Shown piece by piece: positions 7,650 through 17,098 of a stretch of DNA of 46,985 bases (positions are counted from its first letter, which is position 1; the number at the start of each line of letters is the position of its first letter). The position numbers were made by a program, and so were the translations under genes. A model generated the notes under the pieces. That model saw nothing but the letters and a program-made list of their open reading frames with translations, was not told where the DNA came from and did no database searches. The stretch is from a virus (Duplodnaviria > Caudoviricetes), in the IMG/VR virus record IMGVR_UViG_3300016669_000013, positions 1 to 46,985 of that record; one strand, given 5' to 3'.

Positions 7650-8468
7650 TTGGTTAAGAAAGTCGCGACGGCAACCGTTGTTAAGAACGTGGGCTACAGG
7701 CTCGCCGAATGGATTGCATTTCAGAAAGCGGTTGGGTTCGACGCTGTCCTCTTGCGGGACAACGGGTCAACCGACAACACGGTAGAAATCGCGAAGGCTT
7801 TCGCCGGATATTACGACGTACGGATTGAGGACTGGCCCGAAACCGGCCCTGAGTATCAGATGAACGGTTACGACAACATGTTAGCCGCGGCCAAGGGTGA
7901 ATTCGATTGGGTCGCGTGCATCGACTGCGACGAATTTCTGGTCATGCCAGAACCCAAAACCCTGCAAGATCTCGTAGACGTCCCCGATGATGTGTCGGGG
8001 ATATCAATGTCGTGGGCGTTTTTCGGCTCAAGTGGCCATATCGAAACGCCGAAGGACCTTGTGATTAAGTCTTTCCTCAACCGGGCAAATGACGGGTTTG
8101 GTCCAAGCCAACAGGTCAAATCCATCATCCGCCCAGAGCGCGCGCCGAAGTGTGTCAACGTCCATGTCTACGCTATGGAAGGCCATTACGTCGACATGAT
8201 CGGGCGCGTCCATTCCGGCCACTCGCATATGCCCCCTCTTAACCCCGACTTCTCGGGGGGAAAACTCCACCATTACTTCACACAGTCGCAGCAGGATTGG
8301 CAGGAGAAGATTTCCCGCGGCTATCATGACACAGTGCGGAAGCTTGAAGAGTTTCACGGGTATGACCGTAATGAGACATTTGACGACTCTGCTCTGCGAT
8401 ATGCGCCCGAAGTCGAGAGAATTTTGACAACGGTGTTCGGAAGTTCTGGTGTACGCCGCACCGCCTAA
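7650..8468 (+). CDS. Glycosyltransferase, GT2-like/GT92-like GT-A fold
   Basis: VVKN...EWIAF...DNGSTDNT, WVACIDCDEFL (DxD), KSIIRP, HHYFTQS; AGGAG RBS at 7638-7642 favours TTG 7650. Confidence 0.88.
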   Translation: MVKKVATATVVKNVGYRLAEWIAFQKAVGFDAVLLRDNGSTDNTVEIAKAFAGYYDVRIEDWPETGPEYQMNGYDNMLAAAKGEFDWVACIDCDEFLVMPEPKTLQDLVDVPDDVSGISMSWAFFGSSGHIETPKDLVIKSFLNRANDGFGPSQQVKSIIRPERAPKCVNVHVYAMEGHYVDMIGRVHSGHSHMPPLNPDFSGGKLHHYFTQSQQDWQEKISRGYHDTVRKLEEFHGYDRNETFDDSALRYAPEVERILTTVFGSSGVRRTA

Positions 8469-8479
8469 CCATTGTTGCT

Positions 8480-8508
8480 CGGCGACGGTTGCAACCGTCG
8501 CCGTTTCT
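8480..8508. terminator. Perfect 24-bp palindrome between convergent GT and tailspike genes; likely terminator
   Basis: CGGCGACGGTTGCAACCGTCGCCG (8480-8503) followed by TTTCT. Confidence 0.7.
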
Positions 8509-8574
8509 ATAGAAGCTGTTTACTCAATAACGTTATAGCATGTTGGAGTAGACCCTCCCGCCACGGAATGACAG

Positions 8575-11301
8575 TTAGTATCCACGGCTTGCGACAGGCC
8601 GCATAGCCACCTCGTCTAGCGGCTCGAAATAGCAATCATCAAAATTGCCCGTTTGCCCGGCCGCTACGACAAAGCGAGCAATAAGCGTGTTACCGTCATA
8701 GAAACCGCCACTTACGCTGAATGGCTCCCACCCTTGACCACTCGAACGCCATTCGAAAACCACGTTAGGGCCCGTATTGGTGAACACCCTGATAATCACA
8801 CCTTGAGGAACGGTTGAATACGCCCACCCGCGCCACCGCCATTTGCTTCGGTTTATGCGCTTAATCGCAGATGCAGGGAATGCCACATCGCCTTCCGCAG
8901 GGCTAGATCCTCCGACAAGCTTCAAAGAGCCGTCGCTACGAGCATTCACCGTGTCCCGCGTTGCTGTGCCACCACCGGGCAAGTTGAATGTCATGCCGCT
9001 TATGTCGACGTCGTAGTTTCCGTTCGGCATTAGATTTGGCCCAACGGCCGCGTCGAGCAGCAGAACGTCACCAGCATTGCCAGACGATGTGATCTGCGTC
9101 ACCTGCCCTTGCAGCGCAGGAGTCGGGCCGACCCGAGGCTTATTACCCTTTACGCGCACGCGAGCCGACACATCGTTTTCGATCAGAACGCCATTATGCT
9201 GGACCGCTTGGGTGATGATATCTCCCGCAGTTATAGCCGACAGGGTGACGCCATGCTGCGCCGTGGTCTGGGTAGTGACAGATCCGGTCGCCTCTCCCGT
9301 TATCTTACCATAGCCACGGAAAACACCTCCAGCTGAGTAAATGGCAACTTTTGGATATCGATCAGAGAGTGGAACCCAACCCGCGACAGCCAGCGTCCTT
9401 GATGTTCCAGAGCCACTTACACTCGAAACAAGCCGCTCCTGCCGATCGTCATATGCCGACGTATCTATGTCAACGCCCGTCGAGCCTGAGCAAACAAAGA
9501 CGCCGTTATAGAAGCTTGTGGCTTGAGCTTGATCACCTGCCAAGCGGTTGTTGTTTTTCTGCTTTCCGCCTTTCACGGTGAGGCCGTGAACAGGCTGGTA
9601 GGCAACGATACCGCTTGAGTAGTTGTTCTCTGTGTCGCAATCGATATAGGTGATGTCGAAGCAAGCCTCTCCTTCACCCGGAATGCCTGTCCCCGTATTG
9701 TCAGCCGCCATCGTAAGGCCGCCATCATCGTTAGCGACACCGCGCACGCCGATATGCTTGATGTTGTATGAGCCCTGGTTGATGTTCAGTCCGTCTTTAC
9801 CATTGAGCATATAGTCGCCACCTATGAAGTCGATATCGTGCGACCGGAAACGAACCGCGCCGCCGAAGCCGACAAAATTGTGGCTCACATCCGCAGCATT
9901 CACCTTTGTCTTGCCAAACCCACGGCCGTTGCGACGAACGCGGTTATTGATGATCGCACCATAAGCACACCGAGCAAGCTGGAATCCGAGCCCCGCGTTG
10001 TCCTCGATGGTGAACGAGCCAAACCTGAAGTTCGTCATGCCATCCGCAGTGAAGCCTCGGCCGGCTGAATGATGAAGTTTAACCGCATTGAACGAATGGC
10101 CATCTCCGGTTACATCCAGAAGTTGGCAAGCCACAAAGCCACTATATGCAACTGCGTTACCATCAATATCTAGAAGCCCAATGTGTCGGCTGCGGTTACC
10201 CGCGATAGCCAGAAGGGGCTGGCCTTCGCCGAGGCTATTCCCAACGCTCTTGAACTTGCCAAGCCAAATCCACGTAACATCGCTGGCCACGATGCTGTTC
10301 AGCTTTCCAACGAGCGATGTCCCTCTGGGCACAATGACGAACTGTATCTCACCTGCATTTATGCGCGCGATGAATGCGTTCGCTACCGCCGTATCAACAG
10401 TCACACCGTCAAAGCTTCCGGGCCACACTTCAAAGCTTGCGAGCTTGCTAGGCAAATGCGCTGAAGGCACCTGTCCGTTCGTATCAAGTCCAGGATAGCC
10501 GCCCGCAACGCCCTTGTTATTCTGCGTCTCGACCAATCCAGCGCCCGTCACGCTCGGTCGAGCCCCAAAGGTCACGATACCAGTCGATCGTGCAATGACC
10601 ATAGCATCCACATTCAGAGTGCCGTCATCATTGTGGGCACGTATTCTGAAATTGGAACCAGCATTTGCACCTGTCTCGGCGACATTGTCTGTGCCGATCA
10701 GCCACCGCTCAGCATCAGAAGTACGCCAGCGTAGCCATCTAGATACGCCAGCAACAGCGTTCAAAACAAGGTTTGGACCGGTAACCTCAGCGGCGCCGCC
10801 TAGTGTAAGGGTACCGGACAGGTAGGCATTCGCGAAACGACGGAGCGGTCCCCCGATAGATTGGCCTTTGTCGGTCGTTGGGCCCGCAAGCTGAGCATAG
10901 AGGGCATTCAAATCCGTCGCCTGCCCGTAGATCCGGACCCAGTCTCCCCAGATGCCGGCAACCATGGACCGCTCATAAGCCTGAGAGGAATTGTATCGAT
11001 AGTAAGTCTGACGTGCCGTCACGCTGTCGTAGAATAAGTGGACGATATAGCCTGCCGCCGCTAACGGGATGTTGAGTGCTGCACTGGCAACACGGTACGG
11101 TCCACTGTCCGTGATGAGGTTGGCATCGTTGGCGACGGGTAACTGCGCCCGAAGCCGTGCCGGCAGGGCACCATCTGGAACCGTACCGGAGCTCAGGTCG
11201 GAAGCAGAACCCGTCCATGATACCTGTGACAGCTCGAGCGCTACACGAACCAAGTCCTTGATCTTCGCAATAGCTTCGCTGAGCGGTGTTCCCACTGCCA
11301 T
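8575..11301 (-). CDS. Tailspike / putative polysaccharide depolymerase (knob domain, right-handed beta-helix, CBM-like C-terminus)
   Basis: DANLITDSGPY...WGDWVRIY knob; KGVAGGYPGLDTNGQVP fibre motif; N/G-rich beta-helix repeats (NGKDGLNI, NDDGGLTM, NYSSGIVA); C-terminal NLMPNGNYD. Confidence 0.8.
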   Translation of the reverse strand: MAVGTPLSEAIAKIKDLVRVALELSQVSWTGSASDLSSGTVPDGALPARLRAQLPVANDANLITDSGPYRVASAALNIPLAAAGYIVHLFYDSVTARQTYYRYNSSQAYERSMVAGIWGDWVRIYGQATDLNALYAQLAGPTTDKGQSIGGPLRRFANAYLSGTLTLGGAAEVTGPNLVLNAVAGVSRWLRWRTSDAERWLIGTDNVAETGANAGSNFRIRAHNDDGTLNVDAMVIARSTGIVTFGARPSVTGAGLVETQNNKGVAGGYPGLDTNGQVPSAHLPSKLASFEVWPGSFDGVTVDTAVANAFIARINAGEIQFVIVPRGTSLVGKLNSIVASDVTWIWLGKFKSVGNSLGEGQPLLAIAGNRSRHIGLLDIDGNAVAYSGFVACQLLDVTGDGHSFNAVKLHHSAGRGFTADGMTNFRFGSFTIEDNAGLGFQLARCAYGAIINNRVRRNGRGFGKTKVNAADVSHNFVGFGGAVRFRSHDIDFIGGDYMLNGKDGLNINQGSYNIKHIGVRGVANDDGGLTMAADNTGTGIPGEGEACFDITYIDCDTENNYSSGIVAYQPVHGLTVKGGKQKNNNRLAGDQAQATSFYNGVFVCSGSTGVDIDTSAYDDRQERLVSSVSGSGTSRTLAVAGWVPLSDRYPKVAIYSAGGVFRGYGKITGEATGSVTTQTTAQHGVTLSAITAGDIITQAVQHNGVLIENDVSARVRVKGNKPRVGPTPALQGQVTQITSSGNAGDVLLLDAAVGPNLMPNGNYDVDISGMTFNLPGGGTATRDTVNARSDGSLKLVGGSSPAEGDVAFPASAIKRINRSKWRWRGWAYSTVPQGVIIRVFTNTGPNVVFEWRSSGQGWEPFSVSGGFYDGNTLIARFVVAAGQTGNFDDCYFEPLDEVAMRPVASRGY

Positions 11302-11367
11302 CTAAAAACCCTCGAATTGTAATGATAGATGCAAGCAGGCCGCTAGGCGGTACTGCTGTCGACTGGA

Positions 11368-12522
11368 TCAGTGAACGATCCAGTTTCCAGTGCCAGCCCT
11401 GAGCATGAAATACTCACCTGCGCCGATACTGAGTATGTTCTGCACGTTGCCCTTCGGCCCCAGGAATGTGCCCGCAGGCGTCCGCAGGGTGTAGGCAATC
11501 GAACCCGAGTTGTAGATCTCCAGAGACGCCCCAGAGAAGCTTGCTGGGTTTGGTAACGTCACCTGGAATGGTGAGGCCCCGCCAAGCTGAACGTACCCTC
11601 CGAGTGCGCTCGGCTGAAGCGTCTCAGCTGACTGCACAAGCTTGAAGGAATAGGTCTGCTGTACAACGATCCAGTTGTCGAAGCCGCAGATGACCCAAAC
11701 GAACGCGCCGCGTGGAAGCGTCATTGTTGAAGCATTGGAACCGTTCGGCCCAATGAAGTTCCCGCTCGGCGTCGAAAGAGTTTTATCGCTGGAGCCGACA
11801 TTGCAGATAAAATACATGCCGCCGGTCGTAGATGCGGCATTGGGTGCCGGCAGGCCGATCGTGAAAGATGCCGCCCCCAGGACCTCGACATATTTTCGAA
11901 GCTGCGAGACTGTCAGCGTCAAGGCGGCAGTGACGGCTACATAGCCGGGGTGATCCACGTAGGACCGGGGAACGGCGTGCATTTCTTCTGTCGGCGGGCC
12001 TGGGAGTGTAATCGGGCCGGTCATCGTTCCGCCGGCTAAAGGCAGATAACCGGTCGCTTTGTCGAGAACCCAGAACGATCCGGTGTAAACCAGAGGCAGG
12101 TACTGGCCAGCGACCGCATCACCCCCTTGCGTGTCGCTGCCGTCACTTCGTTTTATGACCACAACGCCGAGACCATTGACGTTGAGCGTCATGGCACCAG
12201 TATTTGTCGCCTGAGCTTTCAGAAGAACCCTGACACCTTCACGTAAGGTGACAGGAGCAGGCTTCAGCGTTGCGGTCAGTGCGTTTGCAGTCCCGCTTGC
12301 CGCGGCATAATTGAGCTGCCCTGACTGGATAGCTTGAGCGATCTGATTGAGGTTATTCTCGCTCGGTTCCAACCCGGCGGCCACAATGACAGCCAGAAGT
12401 TCGGCTTGGATATCGTTGAAAAACGCGGCTGCAAGCGGTGAGCCTCGGACCGCTGTAGCTGTACTGCGGTCAACATAGCGCGCATCCGGATCGGTTGATC
12501 CGTAAGGAGGGATATAGTCCAT
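11368..12522 (-). CDS. Tail fibre protein with two tandem C-terminal domains
   Basis: FFNDIQAELLAVIVAAGLEP N-terminus; ATNTGAMTLNVNGLG; YLPLAGGTMTG; directly follows the gp48-like gene. Confidence 0.85.
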   Translation of the reverse strand: MDYIPPYGSTDPDARYVDRSTATAVRGSPLAAAFFNDIQAELLAVIVAAGLEPSENNLNQIAQAIQSGQLNYAAASGTANALTATLKPAPVTLREGVRVLLKAQATNTGAMTLNVNGLGVVVIKRSDGSDTQGGDAVAGQYLPLVYTGSFWVLDKATGYLPLAGGTMTGPITLPGPPTEEMHAVPRSYVDHPGYVAVTAALTLTVSQLRKYVEVLGAASFTIGLPAPNAASTTGGMYFICNVGSSDKTLSTPSGNFIGPNGSNASTMTLPRGAFVWVICGFDNWIVVQQTYSFKLVQSAETLQPSALGGYVQLGGASPFQVTLPNPASFSGASLEIYNSGSIAYTLRTPAGTFLGPKGNVQNILSIGAGEYFMLRAGTGNWIVH

Positions 12523-12548
12523 GAATGAAATCCGCCTTGGTTAGCGTA

Positions 12549-13376
12549 TTAGAGATTTGCGTAGACAAATTCGTCGCCGAACGTGACGAACTCCCGCGGG
12601 TAGGTTCCGTCAATGAAGACCCATGCAGCGCCGGGAGGCGGCGTGAAAGGAGGCGCGAGCGCATCGAGCGACAAGACAGGAATTGTCCACGCCGGAGCGA
12701 TCCGTGTTAAAATACAAAGAAGACGCTCGGCGTCACCAATCGAGAAAAGCGGATCGAGGCCAAGCTCGCTCTCGCCAGCTCGGAAATAATCCACGGCCAA
12801 GTTCTCGACATAGACGATCCAGTAAACCTCTTCGCGAGGAGACCCAATTTCGTGTTCGACTTCACCGATTTCGGAAAAGCCGCATTCGAATATCGCCGGT
12901 TCCTCGATCGCGATCGTAAAACCATAGGCAGCGGCGACGCGGATGAAGTCGGAAGGCGTCAGGACCGCTTGGCTGTTGACCTTCGCCTCCAGCGCCCTGA
13001 TCCGCTCCGCTGTGGTGGAGATGTCGGTAGCGCAGGTATCTGGCAGGCCATAGTCGGTCTCCCATTCCGTCAGAAGATCGAATATCCCCGACACCGTCGC
13101 TTCCCGCGCAAGCTGAAACGCTCTCCCGTAAAGCCATACGAACGGATCGACCAGGACGCGCGTGAACCGCGTAAGATTGCTGCTAAGGTCGACTGCCTGA
13201 CCATCCGGAGATCCCCAAGCCGAACCTTGCGGCCATAGGGATAAACCAGCGCCAATCAGATCTTCGTTGGTCGGTCGGGCGAGAGCATCATAGGGCGCAG
13301 GCGGGTGGATCGCTGCAGGTCCGATCGATGCTGTGTTGGTGAGCGTGCGAAGAGCAGTGTCACGAGACATAGACAA
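12549..13376 (-). CDS. Baseplate protein, Mu gp48/YmfQ (DUF2313)-like
   Basis: LWPQGSAW...LLTEWETDYGLPD...AAAYGFTIAIEE. Confidence 0.85.
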   Translation of the reverse strand: MSMSRDTALRTLTNTASIGPAAIHPPAPYDALARPTNEDLIGAGLSLWPQGSAWGSPDGQAVDLSSNLTRFTRVLVDPFVWLYGRAFQLAREATVSGIFDLLTEWETDYGLPDTCATDISTTAERIRALEAKVNSQAVLTPSDFIRVAAAYGFTIAIEEPAIFECGFSEIGEVEHEIGSPREEVYWIVYVENLAVDYFRAGESELGLDPLFSIGDAERLLCILTRIAPAWTIPVLSLDALAPPFTPPPGAAWVFIDGTYPREFVTFGDEFVYANL

Positions 13377-14442
13377 TTGTCCCCAACACTGGAAACTCGC
13401 CGTTCGTCAGGACAATGTCGGCTGCCGGCTGAACAAGGGCATGCCGATCTTCGCCCGCAGTCTGCGAGATTGTTTCAGATATCCAGGAACGCGACAGCGT
13501 GAACGGGCTAGCCGGAATTCCAGGCCGGCACCTTTCGCGGAGCATCGCGCGAAGGTTGACCTCAATTGCGGAGCGAAGATCATCGGTGTCCGACGCCAAG
13601 CCGCTCACGACGATATTCACCGTATGCGGGATAGGTGCCTGGGCAACGCTGTCGTCGACGCGGATAAGCCGTTCAGCGTCGATTGCCGCTTGAACCGCAG
13701 CAACGTCCGAAGGTAGCGGGATGAGGTTCTCACGGCCCTCGAAAAGAAAGAAAGTCACCAGAAACCCGGGCGCCAATGTGTCCCGATAGGCCCATGCTTT
13801 CGCTACTCCCGGAACAGACAGCGCGACGCGCTCATAATCAGTAAGGGTGCCACCACCAGGAGGATTGCGCTTCCTCTGAAGTGCACGCGCGCGCAGAGAC
13901 TCATCGCCTTCAGCATCAGCGCCACCACCCAGGCCTGCGGCCATTACAGTCCACTCGCCTGCCAATGTCGGCCACAATACCGGATCCGCGAGCGCGAGTG
14001 AACCATCCGCGTCGCGATTGGTAGCGGCTGCCAGATCATCCGAGCGAACATTCAACGAGATTGCGCCATCCCCACCTGCAACTGCTGCTGCTGTCGAAAC
14101 GTAGGTATTGCGGCCGGAGATGAAGCGTACACCCGCCGGGTAGGTCGTGCCGGGTTGCCCTGTTCCGACAATCCGTCCGGTCGCGGCCGAGGCTGGCTTG
14201 CGATAAATGCCAACGTCCGACGCGAGCATTACGAGATACGGGCCAGTCGCCGTCGCAAGGAACATCTGTGTCGACAGATATGCCATGCGCAGCTCAAACT
14301 CGTGCGCCATCGCCGCCAGAACCTTGACGGTAACGGTGACGAAGTTGTTTTTGAGCGCAGAGTCAGTTCCTGGCATATACTGACGGAAAGAGCCGCGCAG
14401 CCGCGCCGATCCATCAGCGAGCGATCGGATTGACCACGCCAT
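13360..14442 (-). CDS. Baseplate J / Mu gp47-like wedge protein
   Basis: GGGADAEGDESLRARAL...PPGGGTLTDYERVALSVPGV. Confidence 0.92.
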   Translation of the reverse strand: MAWSIRSLADGSARLRGSFRQYMPGTDSALKNNFVTVTVKVLAAMAHEFELRMAYLSTQMFLATATGPYLVMLASDVGIYRKPASAATGRIVGTGQPGTTYPAGVRFISGRNTYVSTAAAVAGGDGAISLNVRSDDLAAATNRDADGSLALADPVLWPTLAGEWTVMAAGLGGGADAEGDESLRARALQRKRNPPGGGTLTDYERVALSVPGVAKAWAYRDTLAPGFLVTFFLFEGRENLIPLPSDVAAVQAAIDAERLIRVDDSVAQAPIPHTVNIVVSGLASDTDDLRSAIEVNLRAMLRERCRPGIPASPFTLSRSWISETISQTAGEDRHALVQPAADIVLTNGEFPVLGTIVYVS

Positions 14443-14950
14443 TCATCTGCCTCCAAAGCAATTCGAATTTCTGATCGAAGGCCTTCTCACCACGCCGCCC
14501 GAATAGCGACACCCGAAACTCGACCCGATTTTTCGGCCGGTCGACCGCGACAACGACGTCGACAGAGACAACAGCCTGCTGGTCTATTAGCGGCTGAAGC
14601 GCCTCACGGACGTAGTCTTCAACGGCGACCTCAATGCCCTCGTAAATTGCCGAACGGCGAAGCAGCCATAGCCGCGAGCCGATCGGGCTTTCGCCGATGG
14701 CGACATCGAAACTGTCACCAAGCCACCCTCGGTTTTCGTCTCCGGACCGCAGCTCTTCAGGCTCGACGCGACGATCCGTCATCAGACTGATCAGTACCTG
14801 CGTTGCGAGACCCTGCTCTGCACGCAAGTCACCGGGGGCGGATTGGTGCGTGAGAGCATTGATTGCCAGATCGCCGGTGATACCGTCCCAGAGGAGATCG
14901 GGCGCGCGGTAAGGCTCGCGGGTGTCTTCGATAGGAAGAATTCTCAACAT
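14414..14950 (-). CDS. Mu gp46-like baseplate protein
   Basis: LATQVLISLMTDRR...RGWLGD...GSRLWLLRR. Confidence 0.9.
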   Translation of the reverse strand: MLRILPIEDTREPYRAPDLLWDGITGDLAINALTHQSAPGDLRAEQGLATQVLISLMTDRRVEPEELRSGDENRGWLGDSFDVAIGESPIGSRLWLLRRSAIYEGIEVAVEDYVREALQPLIDQQAVVSVDVVVAVDRPKNRVEFRVSLFGRRGEKAFDQKFELLWRQMNGVVNPIAR

Positions 14951-14952
14951 GT

Positions 14953-15432
14953 TCAGGCACCACCATCACCATCGCCGTCGGTGACCGATCCCGTGGCCAA
15001 CAGGCTGCCGTTAAGCTGTATGTTTCCGTTGACCGTGACCGTCGGGCTGTTGATCGTGACGCCGGTGGAGCAATTGATCGTCCAGTCGCCAGCAGTCAGC
15101 GTGGCCTCCCTCGACCCGAAGTCAAAGACAGCGCCGGATCCAATCAGTTTGATGATGTTGCCCGAGGCGTCATAAAGAGCCGCGGCACCCGCAGGTAGTC
15201 CTGAAGGCCGATGCTCTGGATGCTCGCCACCGACAATGTAGGCCTCATCAGGATTTCCGTTTGGCGACAGCAGCAAGGCCTTCGCGCCCTTGACGGGGTT
15301 CGACATGAAACCGTGCGGTTCAATTCGATGGATCTTGGTATATCCGTCGGAAAATGTCCCGCGGCCTGAAAGAAACTGCTGGCCACCTTCTTCGGTGACA
15401 ACGCCGTCGAGTTCTATACGGGCGCCGCTCAT
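14953..15432 (-). CDS. Baseplate spike, Mu gp45/gpV-like
   Basis: EPHGFMSNP, RPSGLPAGAAALYD, beta-repeat C-terminus. Confidence 0.88.
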   Translation of the reverse strand: MSGARIELDGVVTEEGGQQFLSGRGTFSDGYTKIHRIEPHGFMSNPVKGAKALLLSPNGNPDEAYIVGGEHPEHRPSGLPAGAAALYDASGNIIKLIGSGAVFDFGSREATLTAGDWTINCSTGVTINSPTVTVNGNIQLNGSLLATGSVTDGDGDGGA

Positions 15433-16478
15433 TCGTCCTGATACTCCGCTTCGATCGCACCAGGTGCGCCGTAACCACCAGCTGATTTGCCACGTGGATT
15501 GTCGCCACCGAGCGCGCGGGGATCGGCCAGAGACAGAATAGCCTTGGTGCCCTCATCGCTCTGCGTGAGCTCTACAGCTTTTATAATCATCAACCCCTCA
15601 AGCCCGAGCCAGTCATCCTCAACCCGGACAAGCCAGTTCGGGGACCAGATCTTGCCTCCTGCATCTCGCCAACCGGTCACAGGCAGATTTGCAGTCACCG
15701 CATTCCCGGCAGCGCGGTTCGCTTGCCACTCGGCCCGCTTCTTCATCCGATCAACCGTCGTTTCGCCCTCCAGACGGAGGATCACAGGCCGGCGACGCCG
15801 AAGAGAGCTATCGCGAGCGATCGTCTCCGGCCGGAGCGCTTCCTTCTCGGTGCCACCGCTCGCTTGGCCGCGCACTTTGACTTCGCTGTGGCGACCGCGT
15901 TCCGTGAACTGGGCGGTCGCTCCGGGAAGGATATTCTCACCTCGCCGCAAAGTACCGGCGTGGGTTCCCTCGGGCTTGGTTGCGAGCTTGATGCGGCCTT
16001 TCGGCGTGTCGTAAATCAACACTCCCCTGCCACGTGCACGGCGCTCGATCGTCGAGTACGGGCTCTCCCCAACGACGAGCTTGTGCCTTGGCTCCTTTGG
16101 AAACGAGGAGCCATCGGTCTCAACTCCAACCCCCAGGGTATCAAGTTCGTCGGCGATCTCACCGAGATCTTTGTCCAGCCATTCGCCGGTCGCATGTTCC
16201 GCGCTGCACTCGACGAAGTCTACGGTTTTGGAAACCAAGCTGACGGTCAGGGTTCGAGTGTCAGCGCCATAGCCGGTACCGATGTCACGAACATACCCGG
16301 TGAGGACCGGCTCGCCGCTGGCAGCAAGCGTCACCTCCTGGCCAATCTCAACAGGCACGCCACTTCCGACAATCACGCAATCGAGCGCCGCGGTTCGAAC
16401 AGCCTCTTCGGCAGAGACCGAGACACTGACGGTCTTGATAGACGGCAGGCCAGAGGCTGTAATCAACTCAAGGATCAT
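15429..16478 (-). CDS. Baseplate hub, Mu gp44 (gpP)-like
   Basis: SKTVDFVECSA, RHSEVKVRGQ, GWRDAGGKIWSPNWLV. Confidence 0.9.
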   Translation of the reverse strand: MILELITASGLPSIKTVSVSVSAEEAVRTAALDCVIVGSGVPVEIGQEVTLAASGEPVLTGYVRDIGTGYGADTRTLTVSLVSKTVDFVECSAEHATGEWLDKDLGEIADELDTLGVGVETDGSSFPKEPRHKLVVGESPYSTIERRARGRGVLIYDTPKGRIKLATKPEGTHAGTLRRGENILPGATAQFTERGRHSEVKVRGQASGGTEKEALRPETIARDSSLRRRRPVILRLEGETTVDRMKKRAEWQANRAAGNAVTANLPVTGWRDAGGKIWSPNWLVRVEDDWLGLEGLMIIKAVELTQSDEGTKAILSLADPRALGGDNPRGKSAGGYGAPGAIEAEYQDE

Positions 16479-16480
16479 GA

Positions 16481-17098
16481 TCAGCTCGCAAGCGCGTCAA
16501 ACGAAGATGGCATGAGCAGAGGAGTTGCGCTGCGCGCTATATCAACCACTCCAGCAGCCCGAGACGCTTCACCGTAAAGCCGGTACGCGATGAGGGTCGA
16601 TGGAAGCGACATCTCGGTTTCGACCCGCACGACAGGCACGCTGTTGGCAGCGATGTCAGAGACCACGCGAACCGATGTCGAGACAACCGCGGCCAGCCAC
16701 GCATAGAGATCCGGACTGCGCAGACGGGAGGCGACCACAAGAGCGACGTCGCCGGACGCTGCAATCCGACTACGAGCAGCGCGTGCTGCCGGCCTCGAAG
16801 GCCAGTCTATTTTGGCGCCTGCGATCGAGAGGGCCAAGGCTTCGACGATCGCCATGGCGTCGCGCGTTTCGCCGTCCGATGCTTGAGGGATAGAAATCCG
16901 ATCGAAGTCTGTCAGCGTAACGACACTATCGCCGATCACCCTTGCTATCGAAAGGATCTCAGGCGCGAACTCTTCAACTGGCTGAGAGCGGGCCACAGCA
17001 ATTCGCCGCGTCAGATCTCTCTTGTCGATCGCATCGGTGACGACATCGGCCACCACCTCAGTCAACCAGGACAATACTGCTAATTGATCTGCCGCCAT
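16481..17098 (-). CDS. Tail protein resembling the C-terminal part of Mu gp43 (DNA circularisation protein)
   Basis: C-terminal LPSTLIAYRLYGEASRA motif; 1-bp overlap with the N-terminal-domain gene. Confidence 0.7.
   Translation of the reverse strand: MAADQLAVLSWLTEVVADVVTDAIDKRDLTRRIAVARSQPVEEFAPEILSIARVIGDSVVTLTDFDRISIPQASDGETRDAMAIVEALALSIAGAKIDWPSRPAARAARSRIAASGDVALVVASRLRSPDLYAWLAAVVSTSVRVVSDIAANSVPVVRVETEMSLPSTLIAYRLYGEASRAAGVVDIARSATPLLMPSSFDALAS

Noticed and set aside
6665-8468. Ordinary chromosomal capsule (kps/rkp) locus or gtrABC cassette
   Set aside because: It is embedded between phage tail and lysis genes and lacks kpsT/E/D/C/S and gtrA/gtrB-type genes.
8575-12522. Diversity-generating retroelement or invertible tail-fibre cassette
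   Set aside because: No reverse transcriptase, invertase or near-identical template/variable repeat was seen; the fibre duplication is diverged at protein level.
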